The position numbers and the translations under genes are program-made. 64,000 nucleotides of DNA. It comes from an uncultured Holophagales bacterium. Its GTDB lineage: Bacteria > Acidobacteriota > Thermoanaerobaculia > Multivoradales > UBA5704. Below are positions 37,244 through 52,315 of this stretch, one piece after another. Each line of letters starts with the position of its first letter. Within the stretch, counting starts at the first letter, position 1. Location of the stretch: NCBI GenBank assembly GCA_963842525.1, contig CAWJGT010000023.1, positions 224,001-288,000 of the forward strand, given 5' to 3'. The notes below the pieces were generated by a model. It saw only the letters and a list, made by a program, of their open reading frames with translations, was not told the origin of the DNA and ran no database searches.

Positions 37244-40200
37244 TCACCGCACCAGACTCCACCGTCTCTTGCCCCCTCCTGCCTCCGCCGTGGTCTCAAT
37301 CGCCACACCGACCGCCGCGAGGCTTTCGAGAAGCTTCTCCGCCTGGTCGACCTGAACCCCCTTGAATCGCCGCGGGATCTCATCGGCCGTTGCCTCCCCG
37401 AGCTCGGCCAGGAGGTCGCGCACGGCCACGACGCGGGCAGGCAGATCCTTCGGCCAGGCAAGCTTGGCGGCCTTTTTACCCTTGGCGGCTTTCGCAGGCT
37501 CGGCGGCCTCGAGACCTGCTTCGACGAGAGTGACCTGGGTCGCAGCCTTCGTGCCCTGCGGGTTCTGAAACTCCGGCCGCAGCCAGCGCACGAGGCCGCG
37601 CTTCTCCTCCTCGGCGCGCTCGTGGTTTAGGGCGACCAGGCGCTCGAGGATCTCTTCGTCCGTCAAGGTCCGCGGCCAGCCGTAGGCATCGAAGACGGCC
37701 GCGTCGAGGTCGTCGTGGATCTGTTTCAAAACCGAGACCAGACCCTGCTCGTGGATCTCGCGCTCCTTGTCGGTGAGCGCCTCGCCGCTCCGGAGCTTCT
37801 CTAGCACGTTATACATCCCGGTCATCGTGAGTGTCGGGTGCTGAGTCTGCTGACGCTTACGGTGAGCGTCGAGAGCTTCGCCGAGGGCTCGGATGCGATG
37901 CTTTAGGATATCCGAGCAGGCAGGGAAGGGGAAGCGGTCGAAACAGACACTTTTTGTATATCGAGGATCATTTCCGACCCCCATTCTGCCGCCGGCTGCC
38001 AGACTCCAGAGCACGTGTATCCGACACGAGAGTATACCGAGCATGGCCGCGTCCTCAAGGGCGACCGCGATAAGCATATTGTCTGGAACAACCTCTGAAG
38101 GGAGAAAGACAAAGAATCGATGCTTCGACGTTTCAACGGTGGCAATAAACCGAGGAAGTCCCCTTAGAGCAGATCGAAGTTCTGTATTCTTTCTCCCGAA
38201 GAGCCACCAGTTCTCGCGCCGGTATCTCTCGTTATTGAGCTCTCGTTCGGGCTTTACGCGCTCAACCACCCACTGGAAGACTTCAGGAAAACGCTCTTTC
38301 AGTTGCGCCTGGGTAAGACCGTGTAAATCGATAACGAGTACACCGCGGCTTCGGTTCGTCAGATCCTTGCCGTTCCGGTAAGGGCGAATGTGCTCTTCAA
38401 GCCCCTTGACGCGGCCGAGACCAAGCCGCTTAGCTTCGTCAGGGGAAACGATGAAACCTGCACCATGAAGCTTTACTCCGGGGCTAGCGAGGCTGTCGTT
38501 GGCTTGAAGCGGCGAAGCCGAAGTGACATCCGCACCGATGGTCAGATTGGAATGAATGCGTCCGCGGTGCTCCACAAGGTCAACTTGGGCGTACTCATCA
38601 TTTGCTTGAGTCTCTCCCAAGACCTCAAACAACTGCCCACTGCCTTCGCCGTTCTTGCCCACGGTCATCGCCACCCTCACCGCGGCGCCGTCCTCTGAGT
38701 TGACCCACGGGTGATCTGGAACGGCGAATACGATCGTTCCTCCTTGATCGAGCAAACTTCTCTCCACGACCCGGCGCCCCAGTGACTGCGAGATGCTGTT
38801 GGTCGTGATCAATCCAAACCGACGCGTACCGCCGGAGCAGACCTGTTCGGCTGCTCGGTGCCACCAATAGAGTACGTAGTCACTGGATTGGGGGACTTCC
38901 GGATAAGTCGAGCGCAAGCTCTCAACATAGCCATCGCCAAAGACTTGGCGCATCCTCCAGTTCCCGATGTAAGGCGGGTTTCCAATGATGAAATCCGCCA
39001 CCGGCCACTCTGCTCGGCGTGGATTCTCATACCGATAGACTGGCACGCGAGCTTTCTCATCCGGTATTTCCTCTCCCGTCGCCGGCGAGACCTTCATCGT
39101 CTCGCCATCCCACCGCGTCACCGGCTTGCCCTTCTCGTCGCGCAGCAACTCCTCCCGGTCGTACGCCAGCACTGCATCACGGCATACGATGTTGCCGTAG
39201 TCGCGCAGGACCGGCTGCGGAACGGTCAGAGCGCCGCCGGGTTGACGCACCTGCCATTGCAGATAGCCGATCCACAGAACGAGCTCCGCCATCTCTTTCG
39301 CCCATCGCTTGACCTCGATTCCCAGGAACTGCTCCGGCGTCACGCGGTAGTCCTTCATCTCGAGACCCAGTTGCTTGTAACCGAGTTCCGTCAGAAGCGC
39401 GAGGACCTCGCTCTCCAAGCGCTTGAACAGGTCGAGCGTCACATAGAGGAAGTTCCCCGTGCCGCACGCCGGATCGAGCACCCGTGTTCTGCACAGCATA
39501 TGGTGAAAACTCAGGACGCGCTTCTGCGCCTCCTCGACCTTGCCCAACTCCACGAGCTGCTGCACCTCCGCCCGCACCAGATCCCAATCGCCTCGCAACG
39601 GTTCTTCGATCGTCGGCTTCACCAGCCGCTCCACATACGCCCGCGGCGTGTAGTGCGCTCCGAGCCGGTGGCGCTCCTTGGGATTCAACGCGCGCTCCAG
39701 CAGAGTCCCAAAAATCGACGGGTCCACCTGCGACCAGTCGCTCTTCGCCGCCTTGAGGAGCAGGATGAGTTGCTCCTTCGTGAGCACCGGCGCGTCATGC
39801 GTCGAGAACAAGCCGCCGTTGAAGTGCAGGAGCTTGCCGGTGACGAAGTCCGCTCCCCGATCCATCGCCCGCCAGAGCGAGCTGACACCGCTGGGGAACG
39901 AGGCAGGATTCGGCAGCCACCAGTTTTCGAGCGCGTGCGAGAAAGGCTTGTCTGTCAGGAGCCCGACATCCTCCGCGAACATTGTGAACAGGCATCGCAT
40001 CAGGAACGTCGCCACCCTCTCTGGATCTTGCCCTGCCGCCTCCAGAGCCCGCGCCAGCGCCGCAATCTGTTCGGCGATCTCACGCGTGACGGCAGCCGTC
40101 CGCTTCGATGGGTCGAGCGAGAACGGATCGTTCCAGACCGCACGCAGCAACTCCACATGCTCAGCGAGATCTCGCAGGAAGAAGCGCTTGCGGTGACCAT

Positions 40201-40248
40201 CCGGGAAGACTCGGTAGACGCCTGTTCCGTTCGAACGAGGCGTAGACG
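37244..40248 (-). CDS. MmeI-like type IIL/IIG DNA methyltransferase-TRD, 5'-truncated (N-terminal nuclease region absent)
   Basis: FNGGLF, IFGTLLERAL, LGAHYTPR, VLDPACGTGNFL, IIGNPPY, GVGNDPRY; homology continues upstream (GTGVYRVFPD) to about 40248 and then stops. Confidence 0.8.
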
Positions 40249-41316
40249 GCGCCGGACTCTGGAACCCCGGCGGAGATCTCGGGCCTTCTCGCCTCGATTC
40301 GTGCTGAGCATGGGGTGCCCGCCCTGGTTGCCGCCGTGGGGCATGCGGACGGCTCCATCCAGACCGGCGCCGTCGGAGCCCGCGTCCTGGGAAGGCCCGA
40401 CAAGGTCACGCCGGACGATTGGTTCCATATCGGTTCGGTCACCAAGCCGATGACGGCCACCGTGGTCGCTCTGCTTGTCGAGGAAGGGAAGCTCCACTGG
40501 TCGACTCCGGTCATCCAGGCGCTGCCGGAGTGCGGCTCGACGATGCGGCCGGAGTACAGGGAGGTGACCGTGGCGGACCTGCTGGCTCATGAAGGGGGTC
40601 TGCCGGCGTTCGACGACGAGAAGGCTCTCCAAACGGTTCCCCGCCTGGCTGGCTCCCTGACCGCGCAGCGGCTCGCGTTCTCCTGCCTGGCGCTCTCCAG
40701 GCCGCCGGTGGTCGGGCCAAGGAAGGCGTTCTCGTACTCGAATGCGGGCTTTACCGTCGTCGCCGCGATCGCCGAGAAGGTTTCGGGGGTCTCTTGGGAG
40801 GAGCTGATGCGGACCCGCGTCTTCGCGCCGCTCGGCATGAGGACGGCGGGGTTCGGGTGGCCGGCGAAGGGCGGGGCGCCTCAACCCTGGGGTCACTGGA
40901 AGCGGCTGTGGAGAGTCGTGCCGCAGAATCCCGACGGCAAGTACCAGCTCCCCTCCTTCCTCGCGCCGGCGGGAGACGTCCACATGAGCATGCCGGATCT
41001 CGCCCGCTTCCTGGCTGCGCATCTGCGGGCCCTTCATGGCGATTCCGCATTGCTGAAGCCGGAGACCGCGCGCCTGATGCACACGCGGCGCATCCAGAGC
41101 GGGCTCGGTTGGGGGGTGCAGCCGCTGGCGGGCTTCGACGCGGTCAGTGTCTATCAGGGAAGCGCGGACACGTTCATCACCCTCGTCGCCATCGTGCACG
41201 ACGGCGATCTGGTGGTCGCCGTCTCGGCAAATTCAGCCACCCAGGAAGCCGACGCCGCGACCAAGCAGGCCTTCAAGCAGCTCCTGGCGCGGTATGCCAG
41301 GCAGCTCGGGAGCTGA
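40246..41316 (+). CDS. Serine hydrolase, beta-lactamase class C-like (N-terminus apparently missing)
   Basis: FHIGSVTK (SxxK), LLAHEGG, YSNAGF, FAPLGM, APAG; in-frame TAG at 40243 and no RBS before the GTG at 40315. Confidence 0.8.
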   Translation, partial: TAPDSGTPAEISGLLASIRAEHGVPALVAAVGHADGSIQTGAVGARVLGRPDKVTPDDWFHIGSVTKPMTATVVALLVEEGKLHWSTPVIQALPECGSTMRPEYREVTVADLLAHEGGLPAFDDEKALQTVPRLAGSLTAQRLAFSCLALSRPPVVGPRKAFSYSNAGFTVVAAIAEKVSGVSWEELMRTRVFAPLGMRTAGFGWPAKGGAPQPWGHWKRLWRVVPQNPDGKYQLPSFLAPAGDVHMSMPDLARFLAAHLRALHGDSALLKPETARLMHTRRIQSGLGWGVQPLAGFDAVSVYQGSADTFITLVAIVHDGDLVVAVSANSATQEADAATKQAFKQLLARYARQLGS

Positions 41317-41399
41317 GCCGGAGAGCGGAAACCCGGCGGCATCACTTTCACCAATTTACACGCTCTGGGCATGCTGAATCACCATATTTTATTCCCCTC

Positions 41400-41427
41400 T
41401 TGACAAGCGCGTTTCGGGCTGTACAAT
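41400..41427 (+). promoter_or_regulatory. Sigma70-type promoter for M23 peptidase/secA
   Basis: TTGACA-N16-TACAAT. Confidence 0.6.
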
Positions 41428-41529
41428 ACGCAGGCTTACATCGTTCCGGTCGTTTCCGGGTCCTGTTGCACCCTGCTGAGCTGACGCAGTTTTGGTGTCG
41501 TCTACTGGATGGTCTTTTGTAAAACGGAC

Positions 41530-42417
41530 ATGGCTCACCAGCACCATACGATCATCTTCGTCCCTCACGCCCACGCCCGGCTGCGCAAGTGGCGGGTGAC
41601 GAACCTCCAGATCGGCCTGGTTGCCGGCGCCCTCGCTCTCCTCACCCTCGCCTCCCTCTACTTCATCTGGTCGCACTTCCACACTCCGGTCAATCCGGTG
41701 GAGATCGCGCGCCTGAAGAAGGAGAACGAGTCGTTGCGGCAGGTGAACACGCAGTTCGAGACGAGCCTCCAGAAGCTCCAGGGTCAGCTCAACAGCTACG
41801 AGGAGCGCACCCGCGACCTCGCCCTCGTGGCCGGTATCGAGAGCCTCGGCGAAGGCGTGGAGGCCGGCATCGGCGGCGATGTGCCCGTCGAGGAAGCTGA
41901 AGAGGTCGGGATCGGGGACCTCCCCCAGATGGCGGCCCGGGCGGCCCAGCTCTCCGGGGCCCTCGACGCGGTCGAGACCCGGCTCGACGAGCGCAAGCAG
42001 TGGATCTCCTCCACTCCGACCATCGCTCCGGTCAAGGGGATCTTCACCAGCGGCTACGGCTCGCGCACCGATCCGTTGACCCATGGGCGCGGCAACCACC
42101 AGGGCGTCGACATCGCAGCGGCCCCCGGCCAGCCGGTGCAGGCGAGCGCCGACGCGATCGTGATCCGCACCGGCGTCCAGGGCGGGTATGGCAAGGCTGT
42201 CTTCCTCTCCCATGGCTACGGCATGACGACCCTCTACGGACACCTGTCGGCAATCACCGTCAAGCCGGGCCAGCGCGTCAAGCGCGGCGACATCGTCGGC
42301 CGGGTCGGCAACACCGGGCGCTCGACCGGCTATCACCTCCACTATGAGGTGCGCCTGGACGGCGACGCGGTGAACCCGGTGGGGTACATCCTGAACGACG
42401 CGGGCTCCGCGCAGTAG
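41530..42417 (+). CDS. M23 family metallopeptidase (MepM/NlpD-like) with TM and coiled coil
   Basis: HQGVD (HxxxD), [19 protein letters not shown]. Confidence 0.9.
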   Translation: MAHQHHTIIFVPHAHARLRKWRVTNLQIGLVAGALALLTLASLYFIWSHFHTPVNPVEIARLKKENESLRQVNTQFETSLQKLQGQLNSYEERTRDLALVAGIESLGEGVEAGIGGDVPVEEAEEVGIGDLPQMAARAAQLSGALDAVETRLDERKQWISSTPTIAPVKGIFTSGYGSRTDPLTHGRGNHQGVDIAAAPGQPVQASADAIVIRTGVQGGYGKAVFLSHGYGMTTLYGHLSAITVKPGQRVKRGDIVGRVGNTGRSTGYHLHYEVRLDGDAVNPVGYILNDAGSAQ

Positions 42418-42431
42418 GGCCCGCCCCAGAT

Positions 42432-42490
42432 CCTCACCCCCTGTCCCCCTCTCCCATCGCCCTCCCACCGACCGGGAGAGGGGGGACGTA
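42432..42490. repeat. Half copy of the family-1 palindromic repeat
   Basis: CCTCACCCCCTGTCCCCCTCTCCCATCGCCCTCCCACCGACCGGGAGAGGGGGGACGTAG, nearly identical to 63878-63936. Confidence 0.8.
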
Positions 42491-42598
42491 GGCGGTGCTC
42501 TGCGGGAGGGCCGGAGGAATCTTTCTGCTAGACTGCGGGTTGTACCCCGTCGCGGGGTAACACCCCACGCTTCTCCAATTCCTGACGAGATCTCCTCG

Positions 42599-45302
<2,704 letters not shown>

Positions 45303-45322
45303 GGTATCGCTCCGCCGCCCAA

Positions 45323-47052
<1,730 letters not shown>

Positions 47053-47087
47053 TAGAAGCCGGCGGGAATGGGCTATCCTGACCGGCC

Positions 47088-48311
47088 ATGCGGGCCGGTC
47101 TGCCGATTGTGGTCGTGGGTGCCGGAGCCGCTGGGCTGGCGGCCGCGATCTTCGCTATAGGCCGGGGCCGGCGGGTGCTGCTCCTCGAACGTACCCGCGA
47201 CGGCGGGCGCAAGATCCTGGTCAGCGGCGGCGGGCGGTGCAACGTCCTTCCCTCGCAGCTTGAGCCGGGCCGGTTCGTCACCGGCTCCTCTCCGAACACA
47301 TTGCGGAAGATCCTGCTCTCCTGGCCTCTGGCCGAGCAGCGGCAGTTCTTCGAGGAGGAGATGGGGCATCCCCCTGGCCCTGGAGGCCGAGACCGGCAAG
47401 CTCTTTCCGGTCTCGAACCGCGCCCGCGACGTGCGCGACGGCCTCGTAGCCCTCGCGGCCCGGCGCGGCGTGGAGACCCGCTTCGATGCCGTGGTGGACG
47501 ACCTCGCGCCGCGGTCCGGCGGCGGCTGGTCGGTGAGTCTCCGGGATGGCGAGGAGATCGCGGCGGCGGCGGTGATTCGTGGCGACCGGCGGCCTCTCGC
47601 TCCCAGGCACCGGCAGCGACGGGATCGGCTTCGAGATCGTCCGCCGGCTCGGCCACACAGTTCACCCCACCTACCCTGCGCTCACACCCCTCACTGCCGA
47701 TCCCCCCCGGCATGCGCACCTGGCAGGGATCTCCTTGACCGTCACACTCACAACCGGCTCCCGGCAGACCCGGGATGGCTTTCTCTTCACCCACCACGGC
47801 TACAGTGGTCCGGCGGTGCTGGACATCTCCGACATGGCTGTCCGCTCGCGCCTCGCCGGCGGCCCTCTCCAGCCGATCCTCGTCCGGTGGACGGACCTGG
47901 ACGACGCAGCCTGGGACCAGAAGTTGAGGGAGGGGTCCGGCACCGTCGCCGGCCTCCTCCGCCGCGAGCTTCCCCGACCGCCTCGCCGAAACCCTGATCG
48001 ATGAGGCCCGGATCGATGCCGTCCAACCCCTCCACCAGCTCCGCCGCGAGGATCGGCGCCGCCTGGTCGACCTCCTCGCCCGCTATCCTCTTCCCTGGAC
48101 GGACGACGGGGGCTACCGCAAGGCCGAAGTCACCGGAGGGGGCGTCGCGCTCGCCGAGGTCGACCCGTGGACCCTGGAGAGCCGCCGCCACCCTGGGCTC
48201 TTCCTCTGCGGGGAGATCCTCGACGCTTTCGGCCCGATCGGCGGCCACAACTTCGCCTGGGCTTGGGCCACCGGAAAGGCGGCGGGAGTGGGGGCGAGCC
48301 GTGCTGCTTGA
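47088..48311 (+). CDS. BaiN/YhiN (HI0933) family FAD-dependent oxidoreductase (frameshifts near 47362, 47578, 47975)
   Basis: VVGAGAAG, GRKILVSGGGRCN, GKLFPVS, ATGGLS.P.TGSDG, LFTHHGYSGPAVLD, AEVTGGGV, GPIGGHNF. Confidence 0.88.
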
Positions 48312-48313
48312 AA

Positions 48314-48630
48314 GGGAGCGGTTCGACTGCTCGCGGTGGATGGAGCTGCTCCAGCAGTGGCGTCGATCGGTCCCGCGGGAGCGGTTCGACTGCTCGCGGT
48401 GGATGGAGTTGCTCCAGCAGTGGCGTCGATCGGTCCCGCGGGAGCGGTTCGACTGCTCGCGGTGGATGGAGCTGCTCCAGCGGTGGCGTCGATCGGTCCC
48501 GCGGGAGCGGTTCGACTGCTCGCGGTGGATGGAGCTGCTCCAGCAGTGGCGTCGATCGGTCCCGCGGGCGCGGTTCGAACTGCTCGCGGTGGATGAAGCT
48601 GCTCACGCGGTGGCGTCTACCGGTCCCGCG
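48314..48630. repeat. 63-bp tandem repeat, five units (last one degenerate)
   Basis: GGGAGCGGTTCGACTGCTCGCGGTGGATGGAGCTGCTCCAGCAGTGGCGTCGATCGGTCCCGC at 48314, 48377, 48440, 48503 and 48566. Confidence 0.92.
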
Positions 48631-48729
48631 GGCCGGCGAGACGCCGGCGCTCCCAGCGGGCGATGGCTCGGCTCACGTGCCGCAGGCGACTGATGCAGCC
48701 CTCGGCGAGACCCGGATAGGCTCTCCGCG

Positions 48730-49277
48730 ATGGCCCTGACCTCGACGATCTACCAGCTCGACATCGCGCTTTCGGATGTGGACCGGGGCGTCTACGAGAC
48801 GCTCGCACTGCGGGTGGCGCTCCATCCGTCCGAGTCCATGGAGCACATGCTGACCCGGGTGCTCGCCTACTGCCTCCAGTACGAAGAGGGGATCGCGTTC
48901 TCGAAGGGCGGCGTGTCCGACGGGGACCAGCCGGCGGTCTCGATCGTCAGCCTGGATGGCCGGCTGCGGGCCTGGATCGACGTCGGCATGCCCGACCCAG
49001 AGCGGCTCAACCGGGCGGCCAAGGCGGCCGAGCGCGTGGCGGTCTACACCTGGCGCGATCCGGCCCAACTCCGGCGGCAGGCCGCGGGCCAGCGCATCCA
49101 CCGCGCCGGCGAGATCGCGATCCACGCCCTCGACCGCCGCTTCCTCGAACCGTCGTGCCGCTGATGGACCGGAGGACGAGCTTCGAGCTGACGGTGACCG
49201 GTGGACAGCTCTATCTGACCGTGGGCGGGCAGAGCTTCTCGGGAGAGGTTGCCGAGCACCGGCTGGATGGGGTCTGA
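48730..49277 (+). CDS. yaeQ: YaeQ family protein (frameshift near 49153)
   Basis: MALTSTIY...LSDVDRGVYE...ALHPSES...RVLAYCL, WIDVG.PD.ERL.RA.K. Confidence 0.88.
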
Positions 49278-49355
49278 GGCACCGCCCGGCGATGAATCGC
49301 CGGCATTCATGCCCGGGCGGCGAGCCGGCCCAATGCTGATACTGTCCCACAGGTG

Positions 49356-50160
49356 GTGGACAATCCCTATCTCGAGCTGACCAAAGAGCTCGAATCGGGG
49401 GCGCCTGCGGGTCCTGCTCAGCTCGGGCCAAGCGGTGGTTGTCCACCGGTTGGCCGTCATGAGCAAGGACGGTGACTGGATCGTGCGCGAGGACGCCGAG
49501 GCCGTCGGCCACGTGCTGCAAGCTCTCTCCAGCCATGGGGCGCGATACCGCTTCGGAGCGCCGCTCGATGTGCGCTGGCTCGCCGGAGGTTGGAGCGCCC
49601 ATCTCGAATCCCGCCGGGAGTCTCTGCGGCTGCGGACCGATTTCGTCACCCGGCCACCGCGGATCGCTCCGGAGCAGTTGGCTCGCATGTGGGACGAGGC
49701 GGAGGCGACGGGCGACGACGTCGTCGGCCTGGAGCCCTTGGCGGCGCTGAAGCTGACGAACCGGGAGAAGGATTACGCCGTGATCGGTGAGCTGGCTCGC
49801 ATGATGGCCGATCCTCGCTCGCAGCTCCTGTACTCTCGCAGCAGCCGCGATCTGATCGAGCTCGCCGAGGAGCATCCTGAGGCGCTGGCGGAGGCGGTCC
49901 CGCAGCGGCCGCTCCTGGCCCGCATCCCCGAGGGCCGGGACGCCTTGGACGAAGCACTCGATCGGGAGCGCCGCGTGTTGATGCGGGTCAACGAGGAACG
50001 CCTGGCGCGCTACCAGGCCGCGGCCGAAAGCTGGTCCAGGCTCTGGCCGGAGGTGCAGCGCCAGGTGGAGGGCCTTCCGCTGCCGGAAGCCCATCGCCTG
50101 ATCACCGCTCGTGCCGAAGGGGTGCTTCCCTTCGAGCCCGAAAAGGGAGAGACGCCGTGA
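49356..50160 (+). CDS. Putative nucleotidyltransferase-fold protein (frameshift near 49391)
   Basis: N-terminus DNPYLELTKE/NRGRLRVLLSSGQAVVVHRLAVMSKDGDW resembles the G-x-A...D-x-D NTase motif; K.T.REKDY motif. Confidence 0.5.
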
Positions 50161-50411
50161 CCGGTATGAGAGACGAGTTTCTGAGCGAGGAAGACCTCGA
50201 CCTGCGCAATCTGTCGTGGGATGAGCTCATCGCCTACTGGAACCTGTGGCTCCACCAGGCCCAGGCGACGAACGACCTCGACGAGGCACTCTACTCCCAC
50301 GGCGTTTTCGATCGGGATCCGGCGGTGGTGGAGAAACAGTCGGCCAAGCCCCGGAGCGGTAAAGCCCTCATTGCCCGTAACGGGGACATGGGGAACGCGC
50401 TCTATTCGTGA
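50157..50411 (+). CDS. Small acidic hypothetical protein coupled to the upstream gene
   Basis: GTGA start/stop overlap; EFLSEEDLDLRNLSWDELIAYWNLWL..AQATND...YSHGVF. Confidence 0.6.
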   Translation: MTGMRDEFLSEEDLDLRNLSWDELIAYWNLWLHQAQATNDLDEALYSHGVFDRDPAVVEKQSAKPRSGKALIARNGDMGNALYS

Positions 50412-50423
50412 GGAGGTCCCTCG

Positions 50424-51791
50424 ATGAGCCCACGGCTTCGGCTCGCATCCATCCTGACCCTCGCCGTCCTCCTCGCGGCGCTCACGCCCGAGGATGGCTA
50501 CGACCTGATCTCGACCGTCCTCGCAGGGAAGGACGCCGAGCGTGCTGCCGCGGCCCGGAGGCTGGCGGAAACGCGCGACCCTTCGCTCGTGCCCGCCATG
50601 GTGGACGCCCTGTTCTTCACCCCGAAGGCCGGGCGCGAGCCGCTGGTCGAGGCGCTGCGGAAGCTGACCGGCGAGGACGCGGGTCCCCGCTACCACGACT
50701 GGGTGGAGCTGGTGGGCCGGCGCGCCGACCTGAAGCCTGCACCCGGCTATCTCGCCTGGAAGGGTGGCCTCTTCGCCCGCATCGACCCGCGGTACCGGCA
50801 GGTCTTCGACCCTGGCGCCCCGATCCGCCTGCGCCCCGAGGAGATCGTCTGGGGCGGCGTGCCGCTCGACGGCATCCCGTCGCTCGACGATCCGCCGCGG
50901 GTGCCGGCCGCGAAGGCGCGCTCGCTGGACGACCGGGAGAGGGTCTTCGGCGTCAGCCTGGGCGGCGAGCACCGGGCCTATCCGCTGCGCTACCTCTCCT
51001 GGCACGAGATGCTCAACGACACGGTCGGCGGGCAGCCGCTCAGCCTGAGCTACTGCACCCTCTGCGGCACCGGCATCGCCTACGCATCCCGCCTGCCGGA
51101 CGGCACGCGCCATACCTTCGGCACCTCGGGCCTCCTCTATCGCAGCAATAAATTGATGTTCAACCGGGAGACCCTGACGCTGTGGAGCAACCTGACCGGC
51201 GAGCCCGTGCTCGGCAAGCTGGCTGGCAGGCCGGTCCGGCTCGAGATCCTGCCCATGACCCTGACGACCTGGGGAGAGTGGAAGGCGCTGCACCCGGAGA
51301 CGACGGTGCTGGAGCTGGATGCCGCGTATGGCGCGAAATGGGGCTACCGGTATCTTCCTGGCAGCGCGGACCAGAAGCGTGCCGGGGTCTCCTTCCCGAT
51401 CTGGGCGAAGAGCCGGCTCCTGCCCGAGAAAGAGGAGGTCTACGGCCTCCGGCAGGGCGACCGGGCGAAGGCCTGGCAGATCGAACGAGTGCTCCGGGAG
51501 CGGGTGGTCAACGACCGGCTCGGGGACCTGGAGCTGGTCCTGGTCGGGAGTCCGGAATCCGGCGCCGTGCGGGCCTACCGCCGGGACGGCAGGGTATTCC
51601 GTACCAGCGCCGCGCCCGGCGAGCTGCGCGACGAAGCGGACCGGATCTGGAAGGTCACCGAGGACGCGCTGATCGCTGAAGGGGCGGCCCCGCTGCCGCG
51701 GGTCCCCGGCCATGTAGCCCTCTGGTTCGCATGGTTCGGCTTCTTTCCCGAGACCGAGCTGGCGGGCCGTGAGGTAGGCTCTCTCCCATGA
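50424..51791 (+). CDS. DUF3179 domain protein
   Basis: GGVPLDGIPSLDDP, RAYP...L.WHEMLND, SYCTLCGTG, FGTSGLLYRSN.LM, WFAW..F.P.T. Confidence 0.88.
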   Translation: MSPRLRLASILTLAVLLAALTPEDGYDLISTVLAGKDAERAAAARRLAETRDPSLVPAMVDALFFTPKAGREPLVEALRKLTGEDAGPRYHDWVELVGRRADLKPAPGYLAWKGGLFARIDPRYRQVFDPGAPIRLRPEEIVWGGVPLDGIPSLDDPPRVPAAKARSLDDRERVFGVSLGGEHRAYPLRYLSWHEMLNDTVGGQPLSLSYCTLCGTGIAYASRLPDGTRHTFGTSGLLYRSNKLMFNRETLTLWSNLTGEPVLGKLAGRPVRLEILPMTLTTWGEWKALHPETTVLELDAAYGAKWGYRYLPGSADQKRAGVSFPIWAKSRLLPEKEEVYGLRQGDRAKAWQIERVLRERVVNDRLGDLELVLVGSPESGAVRAYRRDGRVFRTSAAPGELRDEADRIWKVTEDALIAEGAAPLPRVPGHVALWFAWFGFFPETELAGREVGSLP

Positions 51792-52315
51792 GCGATCTCA
51801 GCTATCCCATTGGCAAAGAGGACGTGAAGCACGAGCTCACCGACGCCGAGCGGCGGGAGGCGATCGAGGTGATTGCCGGCACGCCTGCCCGTTTCCGTTC
51901 CGCCGTCGAGGGCCTCACGGACGAGCAGCTCGACACCCCATACCGGCCCGGTGGCTGGACCGTGCGCCAGCTCGTCCACCACCTGCCGGACAGTCACGTC
52001 AACGCCTACATCCGTTTCAAATTCGCTCTCGCGGAGGACGAGCCGACGATCAAGCCCTACGACCAGGATGTCTGGGCAGCTCTGCCGGATTCACGGACCA
52101 CGCCGGTCGAGGTGTCGTTGACCCTCCTCGACTCCCTCCACCAGCGCTGGGTGGAGGTGCTGCGCGGGATGAAGCCGGAAGATTTCCGGCGCCGGCTGCA
52201 TCATCCCGAACGGGGCATCCTGACGCTCGACGCGATGCTCAATTCGTACGCCTGGCACAGCCGACATCACGTGGCGCACGTCACGGCGCTGCGGGCACGG
52301 ATGGGATGGGGGTAG
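51788..52315 (+). CDS. YfiT/BstA family (DinB superfamily) bacillithiol S-transferase-like protein
   Basis: LSYPIG, LDTPYRPGGWTVRQLVHHLPDSH, PTIKPYDQ..W, YAWHSRHHVAH. Confidence 0.9.
   Translation: MSDLSYPIGKEDVKHELTDAERREAIEVIAGTPARFRSAVEGLTDEQLDTPYRPGGWTVRQLVHHLPDSHVNAYIRFKFALAEDEPTIKPYDQDVWAALPDSRTTPVEVSLTLLDSLHQRWVEVLRGMKPEDFRRRLHHPERGILTLDAMLNSYAWHSRHHVAHVTALRARMGWG

Noticed and set aside
48314-48630. Possible CRISPR array
   Set aside because: The units are contiguous and near-identical with no unique spacers, and there are no cas genes in the window.
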